This document shows, in pieces, positions 35,992 to 45,258 of a stretch of 64,000 nucleotides of DNA. Numbering within the stretch: position 1 is the first letter of the stretch; the number at the start of each line of letters is the position of its first letter. Source of the stretch: Candidatus Aenigmatarchaeota archaeon (GTDB taxonomy: Archaea > Aenigmatarchaeota > Aenigmatarchaeia > Aenigmatarchaeales > Aenigmatarchaeaceae); contig JAZDKZ010000006.1 of NCBI GenBank assembly GCA_043802485.1, positions 199,497 to 263,496 of the forward strand, read 5' to 3'. The notes beneath the pieces are model-generated. The model saw only the letters and a list, made by a program, of their open reading frames with translations, had not been told where the DNA came from and ran no database searches. Both the position numbers and the translations under genes were made by a program.

Positions 35992-36063
35992 CGCCCATGG
36001 TAGGGATCGAACCTACGACCTTCTGCTTAACAGGCAGCTGCTCTACCGCTGAGCTACATGGGC
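35992..36063 (-). tRNA. tRNA-Asn(GUU), copy 2 (divergent body)
   Basis: The reverse complement is GCCCATG-TA-GCTCAGCGGTAGAGC-A-GCTGC-CTGTTAA-GCAGA-AGGTC-GTAGG-TTCGATC-CCTAC-CATGGGC-G. Confidence 0.85.
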
Positions 36064-36189
36064 ATGGTATATCAAAATATCTTTCGAGTATTTATAAAAA
36101 TTAACCGGTTGTTTTTCTGACATGTACGTCTTGTGACGTAAAGCTTAAATATTTGTTTACTCAAAGTAAAGAGTAACAAAGGTGAAAAA

Positions 36190-36369
36190 ATGGAAGCGAT
36201 AATGAAACAAACAAGACCAATAGATAAGACAGATTTAGGAGATTACGAAGCAAGATCAGTAGGTGGTCTTTGCGCAGACATACCTTCAGAATGCTACAGA
36301 TGTCCTGGTATGGACTTTCCTAATTGTCCTAAAAATGATGGAAATAACATGAAACAATCAAGATATTAA
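36190..36369 (+). CDS. 59-aa 4-Cys small protein (not in ORF track)
   Basis: AAGGTGAAAAAATG gives a canonical SD. The sequence is MEAIMKQTRPIDKTDLGDYEARSVGGLCADIPSECYRCPGMDFPNCPKNDGNNMKQSRY. Confidence 0.45.
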   Translation: MEAIMKQTRPIDKTDLGDYEARSVGGLCADIPSECYRCPGMDFPNCPKNDGNNMKQSRY

Positions 36370-36646
36370 TTTTATTGTTTTTTCTAATTTATTCAAACAA
36401 ATATTTCTCAGAATATATAACTTTATAAATCACTTTCCTTATAGATAAAATACTCAGAAAGGTAATTTATCTTCATGTTACCTCTGGCAAGGTAATGTGA
36501 GCGTGTAATAAACTACCGTAAGGTTCAATTTCTAAACATAGTTAATATGGAATGCTTAAAAACATTTCGTGTTCACAACATATATTTCCGAAAAAACATG
36601 TGCAAGGCACATACACTAGAAAAAACAAAATATAGAGGTGAAATTA

Positions 36647-37795
36647 ATGGATACATTAATTCAATCTGCTTTTAACAGAGCTTTTAGTAGTGAAAAACCT
36701 ACCGTCGCAGCACCAGGAGTACAGGGTAGAATCGATGGTATGAATGGCATAGATTGGGAGGCTAAGGTTTCGGAGGAATTCGACATCGAGATGCATAAGG
36801 CAAAGATAATGGTTGTCGGATGCGGAGGAGCTGGTAGCAATACCGTCTCGAGACTGACCGAAATGGGCGCTTCAGGCGCTGACATAATAGCCTTGAACAC
36901 TGACGCAAAACACTTGTCAATAACAAAAGCTCATAAAAAACTGTTAATAGGAAAGGATACCACAAAAGGTCTCGGAGCAGGAGGCTATCCACAAGTAGGG
37001 GAAAAGTCTGCAGTAGAGCAGAGAACGCAGATCAAGCAAATGTTAGAGGGAGCCGACCTTGTTTTCGTCACAGCAGGTATGGGAGGCGGAACAGGCACAG
37101 GCGCAGCACCAGTCGTTGCTGAAATCGCAAAGAGCTTGGGAGCCATAGTAGTCGGTTCTGTAACAATGCCCTTCAGGATGGAGGGAACAAGAATACAAAA
37201 AGCCGAGGACGGTCTCTCAAAGCTAAGACAGGTAACAGACACAGTAGTTGTCATCGAAAACCAGAAATTGTTGGAATACGCCGGTTCAATGCCAATAGCA
37301 CAAGCATTCTCACTGGCAGACGAGCTTATTTCAATGATGATAAAGGGAATAACAGAGACAATAACAGTGCCTTCGTTAGTTAACCTAGACTTTGCAGACG
37401 TCAGGACGATAATGAAGTGCGGCGGAGTGTCCGCTATCTGCGTAGGAGAGAGCGACTCGCAATCCAGAATAAAGGATGCAGTACTGAAAGCATTGAACCA
37501 CCCGTTGTTGGAAGTGGACTACCAAGGCGCTTTGGGAGCATTGATACACGTGATTTGTGGTCCAGACTGCACACTTGCAGAGATAAACGAGGCAGGGGAG
37601 TTGATTTCAAAGAGACTGTCTTCGGAAGCACAGATAATCTGGGGAGCAAGAGTTTCGCCAGAGTATGCAGGAAAGGTTCAGGTCATCGCAATTGTAACAG
37701 GCGTAAAGTCGCCTTACATATTGGGACCTGTACAGAGAGGAGAAATGGCGAGGACTGCAGAAAGCGAATTAGGAATACCAGTCATCATGAGGTAA
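36647..37795 (+). CDS. ftsZ: Cell division GTPase FtsZ
   Basis: It has the tubulin signature GGGTGTGAAPVVAEIAK and NTDAKHL. The ATG at 36647 sits after GAGGTGAAATTA; the tool's GTG at 36638 lies inside the SD. Confidence 0.95.
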   Translation: MDTLIQSAFNRAFSSEKPTVAAPGVQGRIDGMNGIDWEAKVSEEFDIEMHKAKIMVVGCGGAGSNTVSRLTEMGASGADIIALNTDAKHLSITKAHKKLLIGKDTTKGLGAGGYPQVGEKSAVEQRTQIKQMLEGADLVFVTAGMGGGTGTGAAPVVAEIAKSLGAIVVGSVTMPFRMEGTRIQKAEDGLSKLRQVTDTVVVIENQKLLEYAGSMPIAQAFSLADELISMMIKGITETITVPSLVNLDFADVRTIMKCGGVSAICVGESDSQSRIKDAVLKALNHPLLEVDYQGALGALIHVICGPDCTLAEINEAGELISKRLSSEAQIIWGARVSPEYAGKVQVIAIVTGVKSPYILGPVQRGEMARTAESELGIPVIMR

Positions 37796-37949
37796 TTCCT
37801 ATGAGACCACACATGAAAGAGGTTAGAAAGGTAGAAATGGAGGACGCGCCTTTCTTCCTAATATTTTTTTCAAAGAACAATTAGGGAAAACACCCTCTTT
37901 CCTTTTTCTTTTTTTTAATTTTAAAAGCTGTAGCTCTATTTAAGCCGGA

Positions 37950-38714
37950 ATGCACAAAATTTACTCTATGGACTTTTTCCCTCTGCTGCTGACAGTTCTT
38001 GCAGGATTCTCAACAACCCTTGGAGCGCTTATCGCCATTTCAATAAAGAAGGCAAAGTTCTGCTATCTCTGCGTTGCCTTTGGCTTCTCTGCCGGAGTAA
38101 TGATATTCATATCATTCACAGAACTGCTTTCCCAAGGAATAAAAAGCACAGGCTTGACAACAGCCTTTCTAAGCTTTTTTGGTGGGATAATGGCAATATA
38201 CCTAATAGATGTCCTGATACCTCACACATATGAGGCAGAGACATGCAACAAGAAGGGAAAGGTAAAGAGGACTGCCCTTTTTCTTGTATTAGGAATAGCC
38301 ATACACAACTTCCCCGAGGGCATAGCGGTTCTTTTCTCATCAATGGCAGACGCTAGGTTAGGAATAATGATAGCTATTGCAATAGCTTTGCACAACATAC
38401 CTGAGGGCATCGCTGTCTCGATGCCAATACTGTACGCCACAAAGAGCAAGAAGAAGGCATTCTTTTATTCGGCGCTGTCAGGCGCGGCAGAACCGTTTGG
38501 GGCTCTGATAAGCATGGTATTCCTAGGACAGTTTATAGATCAGTCCACCCTTGGCATAATTTTGTCTGCTGTTGCAGGCATAATGGTCTTCATAAGCTTT
38601 GACGAACTTCTGCCATACGTATACAAGCAGAAAGAAGGAAATAACCACCACATGTCAATGTTCGGTCTGTTTTTGGGAATGTTTGTCATGGCAGCGTCCA
38701 TGCTGATTTTATAG
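37950..38714 (+). CDS. zupT: ZIP-family zinc transporter (ZupT-like)
   Basis: It has duplicated HNFPEGIAV / HNIPEGIAV motifs and about 8 TM segments. Confidence 0.8.
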   Translation: MHKIYSMDFFPLLLTVLAGFSTTLGALIAISIKKAKFCYLCVAFGFSAGVMIFISFTELLSQGIKSTGLTTAFLSFFGGIMAIYLIDVLIPHTYEAETCNKKGKVKRTALFLVLGIAIHNFPEGIAVLFSSMADARLGIMIAIAIALHNIPEGIAVSMPILYATKSKKKAFFYSALSGAAEPFGALISMVFLGQFIDQSTLGIILSAVAGIMVFISFDELLPYVYKQKEGNNHHMSMFGLFLGMFVMAASMLIL

Positions 38715-38758
38715 GCAGTAAGATAGAATTAAATAATTTATGTTTTATCTATCTTAAT

Positions 38759-38986
38759 ATGAGCGCATACGTAATGATAAACACGGAACCAGGAAGTGAA
38801 TTAAATGTCCAAAAAAAGTTAGGAGAAATAGAAAGTGTTAACGATGTTTACATAACATACGGAATCTATCACATTATAGCAACTGTTAATGGTAAAAATA
38901 TGGAAGATATGAAAAAAATAAAAGAAGATATAAGACATATAGATGGAGTCAAACAAATACTCTACCTTCTTAAGAAAACTGAATAA
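38759..38986 (+). CDS. Stand-alone Lrp/AsnC ligand-binding (RAM) domain protein
   Basis: The 75-aa sequence AYVMINTEPGSELNVQKKLGEIESVNDVYITYGIYHIIATV matches the RAM-domain pattern. No HTH is present. Confidence 0.7.
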   Translation: MSAYVMINTEPGSELNVQKKLGEIESVNDVYITYGIYHIIATVNGKNMEDMKKIKEDIRHIDGVKQILYLLKKTE

Positions 38987-39003
38987 AACAGTGTCTTAGA
39001 AAT

Positions 39004-39156
39004 TCAGACTATTTTTTCTTTTGGTGTGAAATATCTAAACCACAGGAACCAGACAAGCCAAAGTGCTTCAGCATATTCTCCATTCAGAAACCCGTGAATG
39101 CCCTTGATTCCCAGAAGGCCAAGAAAGCCCATAAACCAGTTTTTTCTCATAATCAT
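39004..39156 (-). CDS. 50-aa hydrophobic micro-protein
   Basis: MIMRKNWFMGFLGLLGIKGIHGFL... The start is preceded by AGTGATATT (a near-SD at canonical spacing). It lies 24 nt downstream of the nitroreductase stop. Confidence 0.35.
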   Translation of the reverse strand: MIMRKNWFMGFLGLLGIKGIHGFLNGEYAEALWLVWFLWFRYFTPKEKIV

Positions 39157-39179
39157 AATATCACTTTTAAAATCCTTTT

Positions 39180-39845
39180 TCACTGGAACTTTATATATGT
39201 GGGACTCTTCTCCTCTATGACATCCTTCAACTGATGCGTCTCGCCAAAGGACTCGTAATGAACATACTCTTTCATCTCCTGCTTCTTGGCATGAGGGGCT
39301 TCGTCTGCAGGGTAGCCCAAGGTTATGATTGCACAAGGTCTGACATACTCAGGGCATTGCAGTATCTTTGTTATTATTATCTCGGAAAAGGAACCAACCC
39401 AGCAAGTCCCAAGGCCCATAGAATGGGCAGTCAAAAGCAGGTTCTGTATTGCCGCTGCAACTGCCTGAACTCCGTACAACTTCAGACCCCTCTCTCCGTA
39501 GACAGCACCAGCAAGCCTGCAGTTCATACAGGCAACTATGAAGACGGGCGCTCCTAGCATCCATTTCTGGTTATAGCATCCCTCGGCAATGTCGTTCTTC
39601 AGAGACGGATTCCTCACAACAACAAACTCCCAAGGCTGGTAGTTGCCAGCAGACGGTGCATGTCTAGTAGACTCCAGAACTCTGTCAACAATCTTGTGAG
39701 GAACGTCCTTATCCTGGTATTTCCTTACAGATTTTCTCTCCCTTATTATGGTGGATAAAATCTCTGGAACGTCAATAATAGGTTCCACTGGCTCTTCCTT
39801 TATCTTGCTTCCCTTGCCGAATCTTGCTAAAGAATCAAAAGGCAT
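39180..39845 (-). CDS. Nitroreductase-family flavoprotein
   Basis: RKSVRKYQDKDVPHKIVDRVLESTRHAPSAGNYQPWEFVVV is the classic nitroreductase N-terminal motif. Confidence 0.8.
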   Translation of the reverse strand: MPFDSLARFGKGSKIKEEPVEPIIDVPEILSTIIRERKSVRKYQDKDVPHKIVDRVLESTRHAPSAGNYQPWEFVVVRNPSLKNDIAEGCYNQKWMLGAPVFIVACMNCRLAGAVYGERGLKLYGVQAVAAAIQNLLLTAHSMGLGTCWVGSFSEIIITKILQCPEYVRPCAIITLGYPADEAPHAKKQEMKEYVHYESFGETHQLKDVIEEKSPTYIKFQ

Positions 39846-39904
39846 AAAACTATTTAGATGGTCAAGTTAAAAAAGTTTTATATCATCATGTCCAATTGAT
39901 TTAT

Positions 39905-41605
39905 ATGAAGTATTCTGTGCTTGCCAAGGTCTACGAAGAGTTAGAGCAGACTCCGGCAAAGCTGGAGAAAGCCGACATAGTTGCCGCTCTGCTGAAGGAA
40001 ACATCCAGTGACCTGCTACCAGATGTAGTTCTGCTCCTAAACGGCAGGGTATTCCCTAGCTGGAGCGAAGAGGAGCTTGGAGTTGCCAATCAGCTGATGA
40101 TAAGAGCAATAGAAAAAGCGTATGGAATCAGTAACACGGACGTCACAAAAATGTTCAACAAGACAGGCGACCTGGGCCTGACAGTCAAGGAATTGTCAAA
40201 AGAGAAAAAGCAGGCAACTTTGAGAAAGAAGACACTAACAATAGAAAAAGTCTTTGAAAACCTCCAGCTGTTATCAAAGCAAGAGGGCAAGAGGTCGCAG
40301 GAGAGGAAGCTGAACCTAATAGCAGAGCTGCTTTCACAGGCAGGACCCATAGAAGCAGTATATGTTGTCAGGACTGTTCTGGGCCAACTAAGAATAGGGG
40401 TCGCGGAAGGGATTGTCAGGAACTCGATAGCAAAGGCCTTTGACGTCTCTCCAAAGGATGTCGAGAACGCATGGTTCCTGAACCCGGACTATGGAGAGAT
40501 AGCTCTTATAGCAAAGGAGAAAGGAGAGAAGGGGCTGAAGGGAGTCAAGATAAAGATTGGAAGACCGATAAAGGTGCAGCTGGCAGAGAAGGCACCGTCG
40601 CTTGAAGAGGCTCTGGAATCTTTTGATGAGCCTGCTCTTGAGTACAAGTACGACGGAGTAAGGATGCTGATACATAAGAAGGGAGACGATATACGAATAT
40701 TCACAAGAAGGCTTGAGGACATAACCAAAGCCTTTCCAGATGTTGTTGACATCTGCAAAAAGAGCCTGAAGGCAAAGGACTGCATCGTCGATGGAGAGGG
40801 TCTAGCAATAGACAAAAAGGGAAAGCCAATGCCTTTCCAGATGTTATCGCAAAGAATCAAGAGAAAGTACGACGTTAGGAAGACGGCCAAGCAGATACCA
40901 ATCGAGCTGAACCTGTTCGACATAATATACATGAACGGAAAAAGCTTTTTCGATACCACACTCAAGGAAAGAAGAATCATACTTACCAAGATAGTCAGGG
41001 AAATCCCAGGAAAGATACAACTTTCAAAGCAGCTGGTCACAAAAGACTTGAAAAAGGCCAAAAAGTTCTACAAGGATTCTCTTTCAAATGGACAGGAAGG
41101 CTTGATAGTAAAGAACCTTCAAGCCACATACCAACCGGGCAGGAGGGTTGCTGGAGGCTGGCTGAAGGTAAAGCCGACCCTAGAGTCGTTGGATCTGGTT
41201 ATATCAGGTGCTGTATGGGGAACTGGAAAAAGAGCTGGCTGGCTGGGCTCGTATAATCTGGCATGCAGGGACCCCAATACAGGCGAGTTCCTGGAATGCG
41301 GCATGCTTGGATCAGGGCTGAAGGAGAAGAAGGTAGAAGAGGACGACGTGACCTTGGAAGAACTGACAGAACTACTAAAGCCGCACATAGAGTCTGAGAA
41401 AGGAAACGAAGTGAGGATAAGGCCGCAGTTTGTCATAGAAGTCGCTTACGAGGAGATACAAAAAAGCCCGACATATTCCTCAGGCTATGCGCTTAGGTTC
41501 CCAAGGCTTTTGAGAATCAGAATAGACAAGGGACCTGAGGAATCCGATGATTTGAACAGGCTGGAAAAGGTATTCATGATACAAAAAGGCAAAAGAAAGG
41601 CTTAA
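39905..41605 (+). CDS. lig: ATP-dependent DNA ligase
   Basis: Motif I is EYKYDGVR, with downstream DGEGL, LIVK and WLKVK motifs. The length is archaeal Lig1-type. Confidence 0.9.
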   Translation: MKYSVLAKVYEELEQTPAKLEKADIVAALLKETSSDLLPDVVLLLNGRVFPSWSEEELGVANQLMIRAIEKAYGISNTDVTKMFNKTGDLGLTVKELSKEKKQATLRKKTLTIEKVFENLQLLSKQEGKRSQERKLNLIAELLSQAGPIEAVYVVRTVLGQLRIGVAEGIVRNSIAKAFDVSPKDVENAWFLNPDYGEIALIAKEKGEKGLKGVKIKIGRPIKVQLAEKAPSLEEALESFDEPALEYKYDGVRMLIHKKGDDIRIFTRRLEDITKAFPDVVDICKKSLKAKDCIVDGEGLAIDKKGKPMPFQMLSQRIKRKYDVRKTAKQIPIELNLFDIIYMNGKSFFDTTLKERRIILTKIVREIPGKIQLSKQLVTKDLKKAKKFYKDSLSNGQEGLIVKNLQATYQPGRRVAGGWLKVKPTLESLDLVISGAVWGTGKRAGWLGSYNLACRDPNTGEFLECGMLGSGLKEKKVEEDDVTLEELTELLKPHIESEKGNEVRIRPQFVIEVAYEEIQKSPTYSSGYALRFPRLLRIRIDKGPEESDDLNRLEKVFMIQKGKRKA

Positions 41606-41801
41606 ATCTTTATTTTTTTATCTATTCTTTATGAGTGAATTAATGCCACAAGATACGACGTTGTTTCAAATAACATTGAAAAACTATGCAAAAAACATGT
41701 TAGAAGGAGCACGAGATGCTTTTGTTATCTATGGTTCTGAAAACAAAAATAACCCATATAAGAGTTTCATTAATTTCTATAGAAGTTTAATCTGATACTA
41801 A

Positions 41802-42131
41802 CTATTCCACTTTTTTTGGAATCTTCTTGCTTATATCAAAAATCTGCCATTTCTTATAGTTGATTTTGACTGCCAGTATCGGAGCGGCTTTGCAAGCATT
41901 GGCAGCCTCAACCATGATATTAAGCTGCTCAAGATTCTCCTTGGTATAGTAGACCTTTTTTCTGGACTTGCACTCTATGAACTGGGGTTTGCCGCCTTTT
42001 ACTGCAACCAAGTCACAGATAGCTTCATGCCCCATGCCAGAACCGGCAACTCTGTGAACGATAAACCCCTCTTTAACGAGCTTTTCCAAGAGTTCTCTTT
42101 CTCTTCTGTATCCTTTGGAGCTTCTGGGCAT
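41802..42131 (-). CDS. hjc: Holliday junction resolvase Hjc
   Basis: I trimmed the start to MPRSSKGYRRERELLEKLVKEGFIVHRVAGSG...DLVAVKGGKPQFIECKS, which is the Hjc catalytic core pattern (E...D...E-x-K). Confidence 0.8.
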   Translation of the reverse strand: MPRSSKGYRRERELLEKLVKEGFIVHRVAGSGMGHEAICDLVAVKGGKPQFIECKSRKKVYYTKENLEQLNIMVEAANACKAAPILAVKINYKKWQIFDISKKIPKKVE

Positions 42132-42338
42132 AAAAATTAACTGGTTTTCGGCATTAATAAGTCTAAAGAAGATTAAAAGACCCAACTCGTCCAACATTGA
42201 GCCGCTGGGTCCAGAATAAGCCTCGATTAGAGGTAACCATTATATTAGAACATTCATTTAAAAGAATTCTGGTTATGGAAAAACCATATTGCAATAGAAG
42301 TTTTATATTTGCTGTCCGATTATTATCAAGAGATAAAA

Positions 42339-43178
42339 ATGAAAATGGTTGTTTCGATCATTGCAATGTTCCTGGTAACGCAGCTTCTGGGCCTCTATAT
42401 AGGCGTCCAGTACCTGGGCCTGATAGAGTACGGAGAGCTGCCGCCTGTTTTCGAGAACCCGGAAAGCTTCGGCAACCCCTTTATGCTCTTCATGTACATG
42501 ATGGTGTCGACTGCCGGCATCCTATTGCTGATAAAGTTCTGGAAGCCATCGATAAGGGCGCTTGAAGCCTTTGTGGTTTTCTTCTCGTCATGGCTGGCAT
42601 TTGACTTCCTACTTCCCATATCACTAGGTTATGTGTCGCTAGGCCTGCTTTTGGCAATAGTGTTAACTGTTTGGAAGGTTTTTAGGCCAACCATACTGAA
42701 CCAGAATATCGCTGCTATCATATCCGGAGCCGGAGTAGGAGCAATTCTCGGCTCCTCGTTCGGCATAGCTCCGTCCATACTTTTCCTAGTGCTGCTCTGC
42801 ACATACGACTTTATCGCGGTTTTTGTCACAAAGCACATGGTACTTATGGCCAAAGAACTGACCAAAAGACCGATGGCCTTCACCATAGCATCGCCGTACA
42901 AGTTCAAGAAGCCAACATATGTCGGCATAAAGGGCAAGAAGAAAATGTTCCACGTGTTCCAGTTAGGTGTGGGTGATATGGTAATACCCCTCATGTTCTC
43001 GGTTTCGCTTCTTAGATATTTCCCTGTGACAAGCTCCCTGATAACGATAGCCGGCTCCACAATAGCGCTGCTGTCGCTGATTCTTTTTATGAAGAAGAAG
43101 CCGATACCGTTGCCTGCAATGCCGTTCATTGCTGTTGGAACTCTTTCCGGCTTTCTGATATCGATGTTGTTAGTATAA
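42339..43178 (+). CDS. Presenilin/signal-peptide-peptidase homolog (A22 intramembrane aspartyl protease)
   Basis: It has the YD (TYDFIAVF), GxGD (LGVGDMVIP) and PAL-like (PLPAMPF) motifs in a polytopic membrane protein. Confidence 0.8.
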   Translation: MKMVVSIIAMFLVTQLLGLYIGVQYLGLIEYGELPPVFENPESFGNPFMLFMYMMVSTAGILLLIKFWKPSIRALEAFVVFFSSWLAFDFLLPISLGYVSLGLLLAIVLTVWKVFRPTILNQNIAAIISGAGVGAILGSSFGIAPSILFLVLLCTYDFIAVFVTKHMVLMAKELTKRPMAFTIASPYKFKKPTYVGIKGKKKMFHVFQLGVGDMVIPLMFSVSLLRYFPVTSSLITIAGSTIALLSLILFMKKKPIPLPAMPFIAVGTLSGFLISMLLV

Positions 43179-43187
43179 GAAAAAGAA

Positions 43188-43201
43188 GGGTGGTCACACC
43201 C
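43188..43201. terminator. Hairpin GGGTG-GTCA-CACCC between convergent genes
   Basis: It is a 5-bp GC-rich stem flanked by T/A runs. It lies 10 nt after the presenilin stop and downstream of the minus-strand micro-ORF. The stem sequence is related to the hairpins at 24597 and 25009. Confidence 0.45.
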
Positions 43202-43245
43202 AAAAGAAATTTATCATTTCTTTGTTGAGAAAGAATCTTCAAATT

Positions 43246-43299
43246 TTAGAAGTCATCTGCTTCTTCTTTCATTGGTTTCATTTGCTTCTTTTTGGCCAC
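43246..43299 (-). CDS. 17-aa Lys-rich micro-ORF (MAKKKQMKPMKEEADDF; GTG start)
   Basis: GGAGGTCGGTAATGTG places the GGT 10 nt before the GTG, the genome-typical spacing. TTTAAATA sits about 45 nt upstream, and the GGGTG...CACCC hairpin follows. Confidence 0.3.
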   Translation of the reverse strand: MAKKKQMKPMKEEADDF

Positions 43300-43386
43300 A
43301 TTACCGACCTCCTCGTTACATGACAGAGGAGCGCCGACTCTATTTAAACTTTAAATCGTTCTTAAACTTGACTTTTCACTGGGTGG

Positions 43387-43956
43387 TTATAAGAAAAAAG
43401 ACAGTATGAGATCTATTCCCCTGGCAGCTATGAAAAGTCCCATCACCTTTGATATTATATCTATTGTTCCCTTTCCCAGAATCTTGCCTACGAGGTTGTA
43501 CGCCCTTAAGAAAAGCCATATGACTAAAAGCGAAGCCAGCATCGCCATTGATGTTGCAAATATGCCTATGCTATTAGCAAAAAGTATCGCGCTTGTTATC
43601 ACTCCAGGCCCTGTTGTTATCGGGGTTGCTATGATAACAGCTGCCACGTTATAGTTCCTTGCCTTTTCTTTCGATATCTTGAAGTTTAGTATCATCTCCA
43701 GACCAAGAATAAAAAGAACAATACCGCCGACAATGGTAAAACTCCTGAGCGATATGCTGAATGCGTCCAGTATAGAGTTTCCGCCAAGTATGAAAATGAA
43801 TGCAAGGGTTCCTGCGACAATCACTGCCTTATTTATGCTCTTTATCTTATCCTTCTTGCTGAACTTTTTTGTCAGGTCAGCAAAAACTATGTAAGAAGAA
43901 AAGGGGTCCATGATTATAAAGAATATTATGAACGCCTGCAAAAAGTCGATGAACAT
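43387..43956 (-). CDS. MarC-family (UPF0056) integral membrane protein
   Basis: It has six hydrophobic segments and the N-terminal FIIFFIIMDPFSS motif typical of MarC. Confidence 0.65.
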   Translation of the reverse strand: MFIDFLQAFIIFFIIMDPFSSYIVFADLTKKFSKKDKIKSINKAVIVAGTLAFIFILGGNSILDAFSISLRSFTIVGGIVLFILGLEMILNFKISKEKARNYNVAAVIIATPITTGPGVITSAILFANSIGIFATSMAMLASLLVIWLFLRAYNLVGKILGKGTIDIISKVMGLFIAARGIDLILSFFL

Positions 43957-43998
43957 AAATTATATTCAGCTTAAGCGTCTTATAACCTTTTCTAAGAA

Positions 43999-44325
43999 CT
44001 ACTCGTACTCACGCCAAACATGATTGCACTTGACGCACCTGTAGAACCTTGTCGGTGCCTCGTCTGCTGCCCTCATCTGCTGCATCCACCAGAAAGCTAT
44101 CTTGTTGTCACACTTGGGACAGGCTGCATCAGTCTTTGGCAGAACGTCAATCTTGCTCTTCTTGTCCAGAACGATAATCTTGCTCTTTATCTTTTCAGAG
44201 GAAACTGTTATCTTGAACTTTTTCTCTTTAGGTGTCGTCTTCTTGCCACACTTTCTACAAACAAGAACGACTTTGCTCCCAGACTTTTTGGGAAGCATAA
44301 GACCGCCGCAATTACAGAATTCCAT
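43999..44325 (-). CDS. tfs: Transcription factor S (TFIIS-like cleavage factor / RpoM)
   Basis: An N-terminal CxxC...CxxC ribbon is followed by the C-terminal CPKCDNKIAFWWMQQMRAADEAPTRFYRCVKCNHVWREY. Confidence 0.9.
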   Translation of the reverse strand: MEFCNCGGLMLPKKSGSKVVLVCRKCGKKTTPKEKKFKITVSSEKIKSKIIVLDKKSKIDVLPKTDAACPKCDNKIAFWWMQQMRAADEAPTRFYRCVKCNHVWREYE

Positions 44326-44384
44326 TTTTTATACCTCAAGCTTTTACCTTTTATTTCTATCTTGAGAAATATTTAAAGGTATCG

Positions 44385-44852
44385 CTAAGCCAGTCCTGTA
44401 AGATCTACAAAAATTATTTTCACCCATCCGAGAAGCGGGAACTTTAGAATTGCCCTACCGTAGATGTCTCTCTGGCTTATTATCCACGGATCAACATAGA
44501 GATTGTTGTCACCCTTTGTCCTTATGCCGTCAGCATTAATCTCGTTAACCCTGTGAATTATGGGATAAGGCCTGTCCTTTACACTGAAAACAATTATGTC
44601 GCCTACAGCAACCTCCTCCACATGCTGGACAATGATCATGTCGCCCTTGTAGAAGGTCGGTACCATGCTGTTGGAAAAGACCGCCACCACAGGCGTGTTT
44701 GTATTGAGAAGGTTGCCCAACCCAGTGTTCACCATGTATGCTATGGCAAAACCTAGGAACAAGTAGACGATGGTCCCGAACCACCCGTCTGTAAATTTGT
44801 CCCATTTCTTCTTGTACTTTTTCCAAGTTTTGAGTTTTGCCATTCTTTTCAC
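44385..44852 (-). CDS. Signal peptidase I (archaeal Sec11/S26B type)
   Basis: It has a TM anchor, the catalytic box VFSNSMVPTFYKGDMIIV, and then IIHRV...GDNN. Confidence 0.8.
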   Translation of the reverse strand: MKRMAKLKTWKKYKKKWDKFTDGWFGTIVYLFLGFAIAYMVNTGLGNLLNTNTPVVAVFSNSMVPTFYKGDMIIVQHVEEVAVGDIIVFSVKDRPYPIIHRVNEINADGIRTKGDNNLYVDPWIISQRDIYGRAILKFPLLGWVKIIFVDLTGLA

Positions 44853-44969
44853 CTAAAGCAAAAATATTTCCTGTCAGGTAAGGGTTCTGTATTAAACTCA
44901 TGGTAGATGTTTCTTTTATAACTTTCGCACTATAAATTTTTCATTATAGAAGTTTTGCTTTGAAATTTA

Positions 44970-45236
44970 TTATTTGTCCAAAGCTCTTTTGAATTCTTCT
45001 GCGAACTCGTCGCATTGCTCCTGAAGAGCTTTTGTGGACTTTAGCAAAAGCTTTTCTGGCTTGCTTCCCTTGACAATCAGCTTTGGCTTTTCTATGAAAG
45101 GATGTTCTCTCACAGCGGCTGCCTCGCCGCCCTCGTTCCAGACCTGTGTGGCTAAAAGATTGGTTATTGTCTCTGTCTCATCCTCAAACTCTAGCTTGAG
45201 CAAATCCTTTTCACTTTCAAGAACTTTAATATTCAT
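44970..45236 (-). CDS. rpoL: DNA-directed RNA polymerase subunit L (Rpb11 homolog)
   Basis: I trimmed the start to MNIKVLESEKDLLKLEFEDETETITNLLATQVW...HPFIEKPKLIVK, which is the RpoL pattern. Confidence 0.8.
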   Translation of the reverse strand: MNIKVLESEKDLLKLEFEDETETITNLLATQVWNEGGEAAAVREHPFIEKPKLIVKGSKPEKLLLKSTKALQEQCDEFAEEFKRALDK

Positions 45237-45258
45237 ACTATCAGTATCTACTTGGCAG

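Noticed and set aside
41631-41795. 54-aa plus-strand ORF between lig and hjc.
   Set aside because: It has no SD, no motif and AT-rich sequence. It cannot be distinguished from chance.
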